From: Candidatus Hydrogenedentota bacterium
Lineage (GTDB): Bacteria > Hydrogenedentota > Hydrogenedentia > Hydrogenedentales > SLHB01
NCBI GenBank assembly: GCA_034408725.1
Contig: JAWXCN010000113.1
Span: forward strand, 1 to 55,065
DNA length: 55,065 nucleotides
Direction of reading: 5' to 3'
The notes beneath the pieces were generated by a model. The model had not been told where the DNA came from and searched no databases. It saw only the letters and a list, made by a program, of their open reading frames with translations. A program made the position numbers and the translations under genes. The first letter of the stretch is position 1. Every line of letters starts with the position of its first letter. Below are positions 1-10,203 of this stretch, in pieces.

Positions 1-375
1 GCGCAGGGCCATCTCGAACGCCCGGTATCGCTTGGCACATTCGCGAAAACGGTGAGGCGCGCTCTGGGCGCGCGATTCGTTCGCGTGGTCGGCGCGCAAG
101 ACACGCGGGTACACACGGTCGGCGTAATCGGCGGTTCGGGTGGCGGCGAAATCGCGCATGTGCCACACGCCGTGGACGTGCTGGTCACCGGCGACGTCGG
201 GTACCACGATGCGCTTGCCGCGCAGGAACGCGGGCTTGCCGTAATCGATGCCGGCCACGCCGCGGCGGAGAAATGGATCGTACCGGCCGTCGCCGCACAC
301 CTCAAGGCGCAGTTCAAAAAACTGCGCGTCACCACCTATATCGAGCCCGAATTGTTCCGGGCAGTTACGGAGTAG
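1..375 (+). CDS. Nif3-like dinuclear metal-centre protein (YqfO/YbgI family), 5'-truncated by the window edge
   Basis: Open frame from base 1; motifs GGSGG, LVTGDVGYHDA and IDAGHAAAE are typical of the NIF3 C-terminus. Confidence 0.88.
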   Translation, partial: AQGHLERPVSLGTFAKTVRRALGARFVRVVGAQDTRVHTVGVIGGSGGGEIAHVPHAVDVLVTGDVGYHDALAAQERGLAVIDAGHAAAEKWIVPAVAAHLKAQFKKLRVTTYIEPELFRAVTE

Positions 376-383
376 TTTCAATC

Positions 384-1847
384 ATGGCGAGTCCGTTAAA
401 AATTTTGTTTGTGACTTCCGAAGCCGCGCCGCTCGTCAAGACCGGTGGCCTTGGCGACGTTTCGCGCGCGCTGCCCAGCGCGTTACGCGCGCTCGGTCAC
501 GATTGCCGCATCGCAATGCCGGGATACGGCACTATTCCAGAAAGCGCCTGGGGCGAACAGGTCGCCACCTGCACGGCAATGCTCGACATACCGATTCACG
601 GCGCTGTCCGGCGCACAATGCTACCCACGACAGATATCCCCGTTTATCTCATCGAACACAATGACTTTTTCAACCGCGAACATCCCTACGTCACAGCCGG
701 CAAGGAATACCCCGACAACGTGCAGCGCTTCTGCTTTTTTTGCCTGGCGGCACTGGATGGCGTTCACAACGCCGGCTGGATTCCGGATATCGTGCATTGT
801 CACGACTGGCATACCGCGCCCATTCCCGCGTATATAAAAACGCGCTGCATCGATCATCCGACATGGAGCAACAAGCCCTCCGTGTTCACGATTCACAACA
901 TGGCGTACCAGGGCCGCTATTCATCCACGCTGATGCCGAAAACCGGTCTCGGCTGGGAGTTGTTTACCCCGAAATACCTCGAATTCTACGGCGACATAAA
1001 CCTGATGAAAGCCGGCATTATCTTCGCGTCCAAGATCAACACCGTTAGCATGACCTATGCGAAGGAAATCCAGACGGACGTCGCTGGCCACGGGCTCGAA
1101 GGCGTTTTGCGCACGCGCGCGCTGGACCTCAGCGGGATTCCGAATGGCGTTGATTCTTCCATCTGGGACCCCGGCAACGACCCGCGCATTCCCGCGAGTT
1201 TTAACGCGACCACCCTCGCGGGGAAACAGGTTTGTAAGGAAGCACTGCAACGCCGCATGCATTTGCCCGTTGGCAACACCCCTGTCTTCGGAATGGTCAC
1301 GCGGCTTGTCTGGGACAAGGGCATCGATCTGTTGCTCTCCTGCCTCGATGATTTCCTGCGACGCGACGTGCAGTTGGTTATTCTCGGGTCAGGCGACCCT
1401 GTTTTCGAAGATGCCTTGGCCGCGGCACAGGCCCGCTACACCGACAAGATGGCCGTGTGCCTCGGATACAATGAAGACCTCGCCCATCAGATTTACGCGG
1501 GCTCGGATTTCTACCTCATGCCGTCGCATACGGAACCCTGCGGATTGAGCCAGATGTATGCCATGCTCTACGGCGCGCTCCCGGTCGTGCATCGCACCGG
1601 CGGCCTCGCCGACACCGTCACCGACGCGTTGCCGTCGAATACTGATCGAAACCGCGCGACTGGCCTTGTCTTTGCAAGCTGGAGCGAACGCGCGTTTCAG
1701 AACGTGATTGCGCGCGCGCTCAAACTGTACGAGGAGCCAGCGAAACTGCGGGCCGTACAGCGTGTGGCGATGGGGCAGGATTTTTCGTGGGAGCGTTCTG
1801 CCAACGCCTATGTGGACCTGTTCCGCCAGGCCATCGCGCAACCGTGA
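384..1847 (+). CDS. glgA: Glycogen synthase (GT5)
   Basis: ATG at 384 (MASPLKILFVTSE); KTGGLGDV, HCHDWH, TIHN and EPCGLSQ motifs. Confidence 0.96.
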   Translation: MASPLKILFVTSEAAPLVKTGGLGDVSRALPSALRALGHDCRIAMPGYGTIPESAWGEQVATCTAMLDIPIHGAVRRTMLPTTDIPVYLIEHNDFFNREHPYVTAGKEYPDNVQRFCFFCLAALDGVHNAGWIPDIVHCHDWHTAPIPAYIKTRCIDHPTWSNKPSVFTIHNMAYQGRYSSTLMPKTGLGWELFTPKYLEFYGDINLMKAGIIFASKINTVSMTYAKEIQTDVAGHGLEGVLRTRALDLSGIPNGVDSSIWDPGNDPRIPASFNATTLAGKQVCKEALQRRMHLPVGNTPVFGMVTRLVWDKGIDLLLSCLDDFLRRDVQLVILGSGDPVFEDALAAAQARYTDKMAVCLGYNEDLAHQIYAGSDFYLMPSHTEPCGLSQMYAMLYGALPVVHRTGGLADTVTDALPSNTDRNRATGLVFASWSERAFQNVIARALKLYEEPAKLRAVQRVAMGQDFSWERSANAYVDLFRQAIAQP

Positions 1848-2305
1848 GCAAAGACTCATTGACCATCGAAACGGTCTCGCCCGAAGAGACAGAACGGCTC
1901 GGGCGCGCGATAGCGGCGCTGATGCCGCGCGGCGTTGTCGCGTTGCGCGGCGATCTCGCTTCGGGCAAAACTTGCTTTGTGCGCGGCATGGCGCAGCATC
2001 TGGGCGCGCCGCTGGCCGTACACAGTCCCACGTTCACATTGATCAATGAATACGGCAACGAACGAAAACTCTACCACTTCGATTTATATCGTTTGCGCGG
2101 CCCCTACGACGTCGAAGACCTTGGCAGCACGGAATTGTTCGAGGCCGACGCCCTCTGCGCAGTGGAATGGGCCGAACGCGCCGAAGGCCTCCTGCCCGAC
2201 ACCCGCGTAGACATCTCGTTCCAACACGCCGGCGACGACCGCCGCCGAATCACCATCACCAATCACGGCTTGCTGGACCCCGGCTGGCCAAACGCCTTTG
2301 GATAG
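1844..2305 (+). CDS. tsaE: tRNA t6A biosynthesis ATPase TsaE
   Basis: GTG overlaps the glgA stop (GTGA); GDLASGKT, SPTFTL, HFDLYRL and VEWAE motifs. Confidence 0.95.
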   Translation: MSKDSLTIETVSPEETERLGRAIAALMPRGVVALRGDLASGKTCFVRGMAQHLGAPLAVHSPTFTLINEYGNERKLYHFDLYRLRGPYDVEDLGSTELFEADALCAVEWAERAEGLLPDTRVDISFQHAGDDRRRITITNHGLLDPGWPNAFG

Positions 2306-2307
2306 CC

Positions 2308-2485
2308 GCGCCTTGGACTACGGCGTGTCAGCACCACTTTCACTTCGGGGTACTCGAAATCCTCGAATAAATTTGAAGGCTTCAGGCGCCCGCGAATCGA
2401 AGCCAGCGCGATCTCGCTTAATTGCGAAGCAATCTTGCCCAGGAAATGGAAAGCGGGAGATACCCGCTGCCGCACTCCAAGGCGC
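2308..2485. repeat. REPIN-like element, GGAG/GGAC-TGCGG family (degenerate)
   Basis: Terminal inverted repeat gcgccttgga...tccaaggcgc; internal ctttcacttc and aaagcgg segments match the other copies. Confidence 0.7.
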
Positions 2486-2549
2486 TCCGCGCGAGCCAAT
2501 CTCATTTTGAATTGCGCAGCTGGACCGTACTTCTGAATCGCCACACGCC

Positions 2550-5282
2550 TCAGCCGCCCGCGATCGATTTCAGTTGCTCCGTGTTCACCGTACTCACCGC
2601 CTCATCGAAGTATTGCATGTCTCGCATCGCAATCGTAGAATCCCCAATCGTAACTTTCCGCGTATTGACTCCGCGCGCCCGCGCCTCGCGATCCGATCCA
2701 AACGTAACGCAGAGCAGTTCCCCATTCAGCACGATACTGCGCTCCGGCATCGCGATGGGAGCGCCACCTGCACTGTTGAACAACAATACATCGGTGTCGC
2801 CATCCGCTCGATCTATCTCAATTCCAACAACCGAATCTGGAGCTGCGCTGCCATTTAACTCGACATCAACCCGCCGCATCCCCTTAATCTTCGACACCCC
2901 ATCATGCGGCTCAATCACACTCACAAATGTCGATTCCAATGGCGCCGCTGTCGTCTTCCGCCGCACCATCACGCGCGGAATCCATTCCGTTTCCTCGCCG
3001 CCGTAAATGCCCGTATCCACCCACGCCTCACACACCGACGCCTCCGCATCGGTCGTGAAATCGGTATAGTTCAAATAGACCTTCCGATTATCCGCGATAT
3101 AGTCATACTTGTCCTCCAGCGTCCACGCGACACTCCACCCCGGTTTCGCGTCTGCATCCGTTTTGAACGCGCGCATCTGTGTGTTCCCGTCAAAATCAAC
3201 GCCATCCGCAAGCGTCAACCCGTTCGTCTCGATAGTGCCGAAAAACGATCCAAAAAATTTCGCGTGATCCCCGCCGCCTTTCACGCGAAATACATCCACG
3301 ATGTACGAATCGCGCCCATCCAAATCTACCATCGCGAGCGTGCGCTCGTACGTCTCCCCGCCGATCATTTCGGGGGATGATACGCGGATCGCATGAAAGT
3401 CTTTGCCATCGGCCCACAACCCCGTTGTGCCCTGCGCGGCCTTCTGGTTCTGGCCATCGACAACAACAGTCGCGTGCGACGCAGTCTTCATATACCACGT
3501 CGCGCGTGGCGCGCCCCATCCGCCATAGCCTACGGGCGGGTAACCAAAATCGGGAATGAGATCGAGACCCTTTGCAAACAGTCCAATGTTCATTCCGTCC
3601 CAGTGCCCGTGTCCGCCGCCTGAATCGTAATCAATCCAAAGCGCGCGGCGGTTCTCGCCCGTGCCCGCGCGAAGCAATGCCACGCGCCAAATCTCCTTGT
3701 TGACGCTCGCGGTATTGATCTCTGCGCCATGCGTGTCGATCACGTTTTGTACCCCAGCCTGGATCGCCGCCGGATTCTCCGCAAACAGATCGTGCGGAAG
3801 CCCTTCGACTGTTTTGCGGTTCTCCAGAAAAATTACCTGCAGAAACGCGGGTGAAAAAGCAGGATCGTCTGTGATGCGATACAGGTCCCACAAAAACGAG
3901 TACACCGACCCCTCCGCGCCCGTGTTCGGCGTCATCACCGTGCTACCATACGCGGCTGATTTTTTGCCAAACGCGTTCGCATCGCCAATCCGCGGATACC
4001 ACTCTTCCATGCACCAGATGTCGATGTAAAAACGAAACGCATCAACCACTTTCGGTTTCCGCGCAATGGTCGTCTTCAAAAAGTCGGGTTCCAACCGCGA
4101 CATCTGAATCAGGATTTCCGCCAGCGCGCTCGGCGCAACGCTCGAATATCCCCCGATGCCCTTCTCGCCGCTCATGCCGTCCACCGCGGTTGATTTGTCA
4201 ATGATCGCGTCAAGCTGCTGCATCACTTCCTCGCGGTTTTCCGGCCAACGCAGCACCGCGTGAATCACCAAGTTCGTCATGTCCGTGCGCGGATAATTCG
4301 ATTCGATGCGTTCCCGATGCGCAAGCGTGTCTTCGAAAATCCCGGACTCGATGTTCCGCTGAATATCCGCCCACGACGTTTTTGCATTCGCAAGTTTGTG
4401 TTCCCCAGCCTTGCGCGAAAGCAACGCGACAAGCTCCGCCTCCTGCGCCTTCGCACCGTCAAATACCCGGTCATACGCATACGCCAGCGCCCGCACTTCT
4501 TCGCATGCATCATGCCACGTCGAGACCTGCCCCCGCGTGCCGTTCGTCGTTTCGTACACCCAACCGCCCTGCGTATGAAAATCGAAACTCGGATACAAAT
4601 CCGCCACGCGGTCCAGCAAGAGCGCCGCCTTATGCGCATACCGCGGATCGCCCGTTACCGCGTACGCCGCGCTCAGGCTCACAATCCCCTCGTGTACCAG
4701 CTTCTTCCAATGCCCGAAGATCACGTAGTACCCGATAAACCGCCAACGATGTTCATCAGCCACATAACCGTCGCCGTCCTCCACGCCAAACGTGTGCAGC
4801 GGATCCGCGGGATCGGGATGCTCCGCGTTGAATAACAACGCCTTGTCCGCGAGACCAGGCTGAAACACGCCATGCTCGTCAAAACCCGATCGGTGATACT
4901 TCTCAAAATCGTTTTTCGGAAACAGCTCGCTGCACTTCGGACACTTCAACTTCCACGGATGCGCAAACGGGTCCGCGACCCATTCATACATCCGAACATC
5001 CGCCTTGCAGGAAGGACAATACCCATCCGACCACACATGCCAAGTTCGCGGAATGTTCGGGCCCATCATCATGTCCCACAGCGCGTCATCGCTGAACCCC
5101 ATCCAAGGTTCCGCGCGCTTCACCACATCATCGCGAATCGCCCGCGCCCAGTCGTGCGCCTCTGCGTTCGCCCGCGCCCGCGCAAGAATCTCCGTCGAAT
5201 AAAACACGCTACCCGTCTTCACCGGTCCTTGTGAAACCGCCGCCAAACACGGCAACAAACAGACAAACACCATACGCAGCAT
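2550..5282 (-). CDS. Secreted heparinase II/III-like polysaccharide lyase
   Basis: ATG 5282 with GGGGAG RBS; signal peptide; GHGHWDGMNIGL and SHATVVVDG motifs; N-terminal CPSC...CPKC. Confidence 0.75.
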   Translation of the reverse strand: MLRMVFVCLLPCLAAVSQGPVKTGSVFYSTEILARARANAEAHDWARAIRDDVVKRAEPWMGFSDDALWDMMMGPNIPRTWHVWSDGYCPSCKADVRMYEWVADPFAHPWKLKCPKCSELFPKNDFEKYHRSGFDEHGVFQPGLADKALLFNAEHPDPADPLHTFGVEDGDGYVADEHRWRFIGYYVIFGHWKKLVHEGIVSLSAAYAVTGDPRYAHKAALLLDRVADLYPSFDFHTQGGWVYETTNGTRGQVSTWHDACEEVRALAYAYDRVFDGAKAQEAELVALLSRKAGEHKLANAKTSWADIQRNIESGIFEDTLAHRERIESNYPRTDMTNLVIHAVLRWPENREEVMQQLDAIIDKSTAVDGMSGEKGIGGYSSVAPSALAEILIQMSRLEPDFLKTTIARKPKVVDAFRFYIDIWCMEEWYPRIGDANAFGKKSAAYGSTVMTPNTGAEGSVYSFLWDLYRITDDPAFSPAFLQVIFLENRKTVEGLPHDLFAENPAAIQAGVQNVIDTHGAEINTASVNKEIWRVALLRAGTGENRRALWIDYDSGGGHGHWDGMNIGLFAKGLDLIPDFGYPPVGYGGWGAPRATWYMKTASHATVVVDGQNQKAAQGTTGLWADGKDFHAIRVSSPEMIGGETYERTLAMVDLDGRDSYIVDVFRVKGGGDHAKFFGSFFGTIETNGLTLADGVDFDGNTQMRAFKTDADAKPGWSVAWTLEDKYDYIADNRKVYLNYTDFTTDAEASVCEAWVDTGIYGGEETEWIPRVMVRRKTTAAPLESTFVSVIEPHDGVSKIKGMRRVDVELNGSAAPDSVVGIEIDRADGDTDVLLFNSAGGAPIAMPERSIVLNGELLCVTFGSDREARARGVNTRKVTIGDSTIAMRDMQYFDEAVSTVNTEQLKSIAGG

Positions 5283-5381
5283 CAGCAACTCCCCGTATAA
5301 ATTCCAGCGATGGCACGCATCATATCCCAACCTGCGCGCGCTTTGTCGTTGCGCAACCAACACGATGTATTATGGGAGGGC

Positions 5382-5469
5382 GCGCGTCCTCGCGCGCTTG
5401 CGATCATTGCGGTACGCCCAAACGTGAAGTTGCCCCTTTGTTTGCGCGTCCTCGCGCGCTTGCGATCAT
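5382..5469. repeat. 26-bp direct repeat; first copy is a GGAG-led REP-like palindrome
   Basis: gcgcgtcctcgcgcgcttgcgatcat at 5382-5407 and 5444-5469; first copy preceded by GGAGGGC. Confidence 0.7.
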
Positions 5470-5699
5470 CGAAGGCTTTGTGGGCTGTCCGCCGCAGGAG
5501 CGACTCCGGGTTCTATGCTTGGTTGCCTGGTTCCAATCTTCTCATTGTTTCCAAGTTGTACTATGTTGTACTTGGGCGCGACAATGGCAGGTGCGGTGTT
5601 TCTGATCGGGTCGCACCCGGCCTTAAAATCTTTGCACGTGGGTTCGAATCGCTGAATCAGCGATGGAACATTTTTAATCAAGGAATTGGAAGTGCCGCG

Positions 5700-6425
5700 T
5701 TGAATAAGACACAACAATCCCGGAGTTTGGCAGCGTCACTACGCCATTCTCAGAATAACGTCTACACCATCAAACCCGCGACCGCGCGACCGCACCTCGA
5801 CGGACAATGGGACAGCCCGATCTGGCAGGCGGCGGAAACCGCGCACATCGCGTGGTTCCATCCGATGAGCAGCGACCACCACCCCGACGCGCGAGCGCGC
5901 GTCCTGTACAGCGATGAAGGCTTGCACATAATCTTCCGCGTGCTTGACCGTTATGTGCGCAGCATCACCACCGATTACATGGGTCCCGTGTACAAGGATG
6001 CCTGCGTAGAATTTTTCGTCCAACCACGTGCCGGCAAAGGCTACTTCAATTTTGAAATGAACTGCGGCGGCACGCTGCTGTTAAGTTACGTGACTGAAGT
6101 CGAGGTCGAGGGGAAGAAGAAAAAAAACTACGAGGAAATGCCCTGGGAGTACGGAAAACAGGTTGAAGTCTTTCATTCCATGCCCAAGACCGTCGAGCCG
6201 GAGCACACGGAAGCCGTCGAATGGCGCATCGAATATCGAATTCCCTTCGGCATATTCGAGAAGTATCTCGGACCGCTGGGCAACGTGGCCGGCCAGGAAT
6301 GGCGAGGCAACTTCTACAAGTGCGCGGAAAACAATTCGCACCCGCACTGGGGCGCGTGGTCGCCAGTTGGCGAACAATTGAACTTTCACCAACCCGATAA
6401 ATTCGGGGTGATCAAGTTCGCGTGA
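5700..6425 (+). CDS. Carbohydrate-binding family 9-like (CBM9/DOMON-like) protein; start uncertain
   Basis: LDGQWDSPIW, VYKDACVEFF, YFNFEMN, WRGNFYKC and FHQPDKFG motifs; TTG at 5700 after a purine-rich tract (ORF open from 5310). Confidence 0.75.
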   Translation: MNKTQQSRSLAASLRHSQNNVYTIKPATARPHLDGQWDSPIWQAAETAHIAWFHPMSSDHHPDARARVLYSDEGLHIIFRVLDRYVRSITTDYMGPVYKDACVEFFVQPRAGKGYFNFEMNCGGTLLLSYVTEVEVEGKKKKNYEEMPWEYGKQVEVFHSMPKTVEPEHTEAVEWRIEYRIPFGIFEKYLGPLGNVAGQEWRGNFYKCAENNSHPHWGAWSPVGEQLNFHQPDKFGVIKFA

Positions 6426-6437
6426 CCACAAGCTGCG

Positions 6438-7178
6438 CTATCCTGCGCGCAGCACCATCGTGATCCCCTCGCGCAAGCCCGCCGGAAGATTCCGGTACAC
6501 GATATTTTTCAGTCCGCCCAGCGCGCTGTGGCGCACCAGCCTTCCCCGAGAATCGTGTACGTGGCGCGCATCGAAATAAAATCCGGTTTCGCAACGCTCG
6601 ACCACGAATCCCAACTCGCGCGCGATCACATGCAATTCCGCCGCGGTGTATTCGCGATAATGGCCGGGGTTCATGGGATCAGTCCGAATCATCTCATACG
6701 GATTCCGGCCCAGCAGCAGTTTTACACGTTTTGTCAACGACGCGGCGTTCGGCGTCTGAACGATCAAGCGCCCGTCCGCCGTGAGCAAGGTCTTCACGAA
6801 TCCCAGTACAAGCTGCGGCGCAACGTACAAATGCTCCAACACTTCCGCCATGATGACAAAGCTGTACCGCGGCAAATTCGCGCGCCACTCGATCGGATGC
6901 TGCGCATCGTTCAGATTAAACGCGTAGTGGTTGCCGCGTTCGCCGCGCGAATCCTCGCCAAAGCCCAGCGTATCTACCCGCGCGTCAATCTCGTTGCGCA
7001 ACAATTCCGTCAAATGCGATGGGCCAATATCCAATATCGACGAGTCCCGACCCGCACCCAGTTCCCTTAGCAGACCGAGGACAAACGCATACCGCGGCGC
7101 GTGAAATGATTTGTAGCCGGCGGCGTCGTCCGCGGCCGATTCCGGGAGAATCGGCTCAGTTCCGGCTTTTTGCGTCAT
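6438..7178 (-). CDS. Class I SAM-dependent methyltransferase-like protein
   Basis: ILDIGP, AEVLEHL, VQTPN and HYREYT motifs; overlaps the carA 3' end. Confidence 0.8.
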   Translation of the reverse strand: MTQKAGTEPILPESAADDAAGYKSFHAPRYAFVLGLLRELGAGRDSSILDIGPSHLTELLRNEIDARVDTLGFGEDSRGERGNHYAFNLNDAQHPIEWRANLPRYSFVIMAEVLEHLYVAPQLVLGFVKTLLTADGRLIVQTPNAASLTKRVKLLLGRNPYEMIRTDPMNPGHYREYTAAELHVIARELGFVVERCETGFYFDARHVHDSRGRLVRHSALGGLKNIVYRNLPAGLREGITMVLRAG

Positions 7179-8256
7179 CCATCATCTTTACAAACCGCCC
7201 GAACAGGTAGCGGCTGTCGTGCGGTCCTGGCGATGATTCGGGATGATACTGCACGCTGAAGATCGGCAGTTCCTTGTGCTCCAGCCCTTCTACAGAGCCG
7301 TCATTCAGATTTACGTGCGTCACGCGCACTTTGGACTCGTCCAGCGAATCAGCGTCCACCGCAAACCCGTGGTTCTGCGCGCTGATTTCCACTTTGCCGG
7401 TGTGATGATCCATGACCGGCTGGTTGCCGCCGCGATGCCCAAACTTGAGTTTGAACGTTGTGCCGCCAAGTGCGTGGCCGAGAATTTGATGGCCGAGGCA
7501 AATGCCAAATATCGGTTTCACTCCCATCAAGCCCTGCACCGCGGGATAGATATACGAAAGCGCCGCGGGATCGCCGGGGCCGTTCGACAGAAAGATGCCG
7601 TCCGGCTTATGCGCAAGCGCCTCGTCCGCGGTCGCGGTCGCCGGCATTACGATCACGCTGCAACCGTGCGCCTCAAGCAAACGCAGGATGTTGTACTTGA
7701 TGCCGTAATCGAAGGCCACCACCCGGTACTTGCCCTTGAATTCAGGATTCCAGGTATAAGGCTCGGTCACGCTCACGGCCTTCACATAGTCGCTGCCCGC
7801 CATGTCCTGGGAGTTGATGGCCTTTTGCACGAGACTCGCGTGATCAAAATCCGCTGTGCTCAAAACCGACTTCTTCGCGCCTTCGGTCCGCAATAGCTTC
7901 GTGATTTTGCGGGTATCCACGCCCTCGATCCCGATAATATTATGTTCTTTCAAATATTCGGGCAAAGTCTGTTTCGACCGCCAGTTACTCGGTTCATGGC
8001 AGCATTCGCGCATGACGAAGCCTTCGACAAATGGTTTGCGCGACTCGGCATCATCGGGATTCACGCCATAGTTGCCGATCAACGGGTAGGTCATGGTAAC
8101 GATCTGCCCGGCATACGACGGATCGGTGAGAATTTCCTGATAGCCCGTCATGCTCGTGTTGAACACGAGTTCGCCGGACGATTCACCCTCCGCGCCAACC
8201 GCCCGGCCCTCGAATACCTCTCCCGTTTCCAGCGCAAGAACTGCTTTCACCTGCAA
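7156..8256 (-). CDS. carA: Carbamoyl-phosphate synthase small subunit
   Basis: [28 protein letters not shown] and [12 protein letters not shown] motifs. Confidence 0.97.
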   Translation of the reverse strand: MQVKAVLALETGEVFEGRAVGAEGESSGELVFNTSMTGYQEILTDPSYAGQIVTMTYPLIGNYGVNPDDAESRKPFVEGFVMRECCHEPSNWRSKQTLPEYLKEHNIIGIEGVDTRKITKLLRTEGAKKSVLSTADFDHASLVQKAINSQDMAGSDYVKAVSVTEPYTWNPEFKGKYRVVAFDYGIKYNILRLLEAHGCSVIVMPATATADEALAHKPDGIFLSNGPGDPAALSYIYPAVQGLMGVKPIFGICLGHQILGHALGGTTFKLKFGHRGGNQPVMDHHTGKVEISAQNHGFAVDADSLDESKVRVTHVNLNDGSVEGLEHKELPIFSVQYHPESSPGPHDSRYLFGRFVKMMDDAKSRN

Positions 8257-8323
8257 TATTCCCTTTTCAACTACTTCAAACCGATCAGGATATTCTACCT
8301 CAACACCCCGTGTGGGGACAAAA

Positions 8324-8640
8324 CGCCTTGGAGTGCGGCGGCGGTAGCCGCCGCTTTTACTTCAAGACACCAGCAGCGCCATGTACCGTCTCCAGACCAC
8401 GTGCAAGCCGAAGTGAAAGCGGTAGCTGCGTCTGAAGCGGACTCCGCTACCGCAGTCCAAATAGTCCTCATCCCAAACGGCAAGTTTTAGGAAGTAGCCT
8501 ATTTGGACTGCGGCGGCCCCCAAGGCGCCGCTTTGGCTGTTTATCACAGTCGACCTACCCTCACCCTGCGCGCACAAAGCCCTCGCCTCGAAACAGCCAA
8601 AGCGGCATCTGCGCACCCGCTCCGCTACCGCAGTCCAAAC
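8324..8640. repeat. Two adjacent REPIN-like elements (type I 8324-8460, type II about 8500-8640)
   Basis: ttggagtgcggcggcggtagccgccgcttt...aaagcggtagc...ccgcagtccaa, then ttggactgcggcggcccccaaggcgccgctttggctgttt...aaacagccaaagcgg...ccgcagtccaaa. Confidence 0.9.
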
Positions 8641-8668
8641 GGCGTTCGGCGCAAATGTGGCGGTATGG

Positions 8669-9547
8669 CTAATGCCCGTGCCCGTCCCCGTGCGCGAGTT
8701 CGTGAAACAGTATCCCGGCCTCGTTCGCGGGAAAATCGTTGCCCGGCCCCGAAGCGTAACGCAAAAACGAGACATGCCCGTCCATGTACAGCACATTTGA
8801 TCCACCGGGCGCATGATTGAAATGAGTCGCGTCGTCACTTAACACGTCCCACATCACCGCGATACTCGATTCCGACGTCGAGCTTCGCACGGGATCGTTG
8901 ATGTCGGAGATGAAAAACCGCTCAATACCATCAACCAATCGGAACACCCGGTCGTGCCCACCCATGAAATGATGGTCCAACTCCCAATCCAAGTCGACCA
9001 ATCCCGGATCGTCCTCGAGCGCTTCTGCGAAGTGCGGGCCTTCATGCTCGATTGAGGTCAGATCGTCGTCCGTCAAGAACATGCCGCTCATGAACGCATA
9101 TCCGAGGTACGCGTACGGATGGTCGGTCAATTCGCAAGGTTCGACGATTCCGTTGTGCGATGTCGGGCCTTCGTCCCAATGCGCGGATTGATTGTTTCCT
9201 TCGTCCCACACTTCAATTGCTGAAGAACCACCGATCGCGCTTGGGCACAACAGCACGTTCAGATCAGTGAGGTATTCGGGATACACCATCGCGCCGTCGA
9301 AGATGGACGAAAACGGCACGACCTCGTCCGCGCAATTGAAGATTTGCATCGGCGGGTACTTGTGCCCCTTGCTTCCGCTTGAATACATCTTGAATACAAA
9401 ACCGAGTTGTTTGAGATTACTTTGGCAGCTTGCGCGCCGCGCCGCTTCGCGCGCACGGGCGAGCGCCGGTAACAGTATCGCGGCAAGGATGCCGATGATG
9501 GCAATGACCACCAGAAGTTCAATCAATGTAAAACCACGTTTCCTCAC
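8669..9547 (-). CDS. DUF1559 / prepilin-type N-terminal cleavage-methylation protein with H-X9-DG C-terminal motif, His-rich
   Basis: GTG 9547 with AGGAG RBS gives [50 protein letters not shown]; tail [12 protein letters not shown]. Confidence 0.9.
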   Translation of the reverse strand: MRKRGFTLIELLVVIAIIGILAAILLPALARAREAARRASCQSNLKQLGFVFKMYSSGSKGHKYPPMQIFNCADEVVPFSSIFDGAMVYPEYLTDLNVLLCPSAIGGSSAIEVWDEGNNQSAHWDEGPTSHNGIVEPCELTDHPYAYLGYAFMSGMFLTDDDLTSIEHEGPHFAEALEDDPGLVDLDWELDHHFMGGHDRVFRLVDGIERFFISDINDPVRSSTSESSIAVMWDVLSDDATHFNHAPGGSNVLYMDGHVSFLRYASGPGNDFPANEAGILFHELAHGDGHGH

Positions 9548-9652
9548 GGAACATACTCCTAACAAAACGGGGCGATTCGCCACCGGGTTTAATGACAATT
9601 GGGTGCGCGCGCGACTACACGCACGGCGCGCAACAGGAATTAAAACGCAGGA

Positions 9653-10060
9653 TCAGGAAAAGATTGGAAAAACAGGAGGATCGCGCGGGCGCGCGGAGTG
9701 GCGGGATTCCGTCGAAAGGAATTCTTCCACGGATCCGGGATTGGATAATTCCGCGACAGATGCGGGGTGATCGCAATAGACGTAGCTCTGGACGTCAATG
9801 AACCCTTTGACAAGATGGCAGAAAGCGCACGCGGGATGTTTGTCGCCGTTCGGCCGCATCTCGCGATCAGCGCCAGTCTCCTTCGCCTGCGGCGAGCATT
9901 GTGTCGCGCAGCACGAAGCCTGTGCTTCGCCACTCTTCGCGGCCGCGAGTGTCGCGCACATGCCCGGCACGAGTCCGCGGGCATTGCTCAACACGCAAAA
10001 CGCCAACATCGCTAACGCGATGATGCGAAAATTCGTTCTGTGCCGTGTTTGCCAGTACAT
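9653..10060 (-). CDS. DUF2946/CruR-like leader protein (hydrophobic N-terminus, CxxC, C-terminal RxPP)
   Basis: Hydrophobic IIALAMLAFCVL segment, GMC, CCATQC, HPACAFCH, and RPRDPP six residues before the stop. Confidence 0.65.
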   Translation of the reverse strand: MYWQTRHRTNFRIIALAMLAFCVLSNARGLVPGMCATLAAAKSGEAQASCCATQCSPQAKETGADREMRPNGDKHPACAFCHLVKGFIDVQSYVYCDHPASVAELSNPGSVEEFLSTESRHSARPRDPPVFPIFS

Positions 10061-10203
10061 GCGAATAGAATCCTGGTGGCAACCCCGGATACAAGCTCCA
10101 TAGTGTACGCGACGAATGGCGGGTTCGCAATCTTCGCGCCCTCCATCCCCATCGGTGCGCCGCTTCTGCTATAGTCGCCCGATTCATTACTTCGCAGGCG
10201 GGC

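Noticed and set aside
7156-8256. carA without adjacent carB
   Set aside because: Split carA/carB loci are common in bacteria, so this is not evidence of novelty.
8295-8838. Short ORFs over repeat clusters (also near 11616-12142, 17435-17978, 29162-29586 and 34196-34603)
   Set aside because: They share WTAVA/SQSG/APLWLF peptides only because they read through the same REPINs; no RBS or family motifs.
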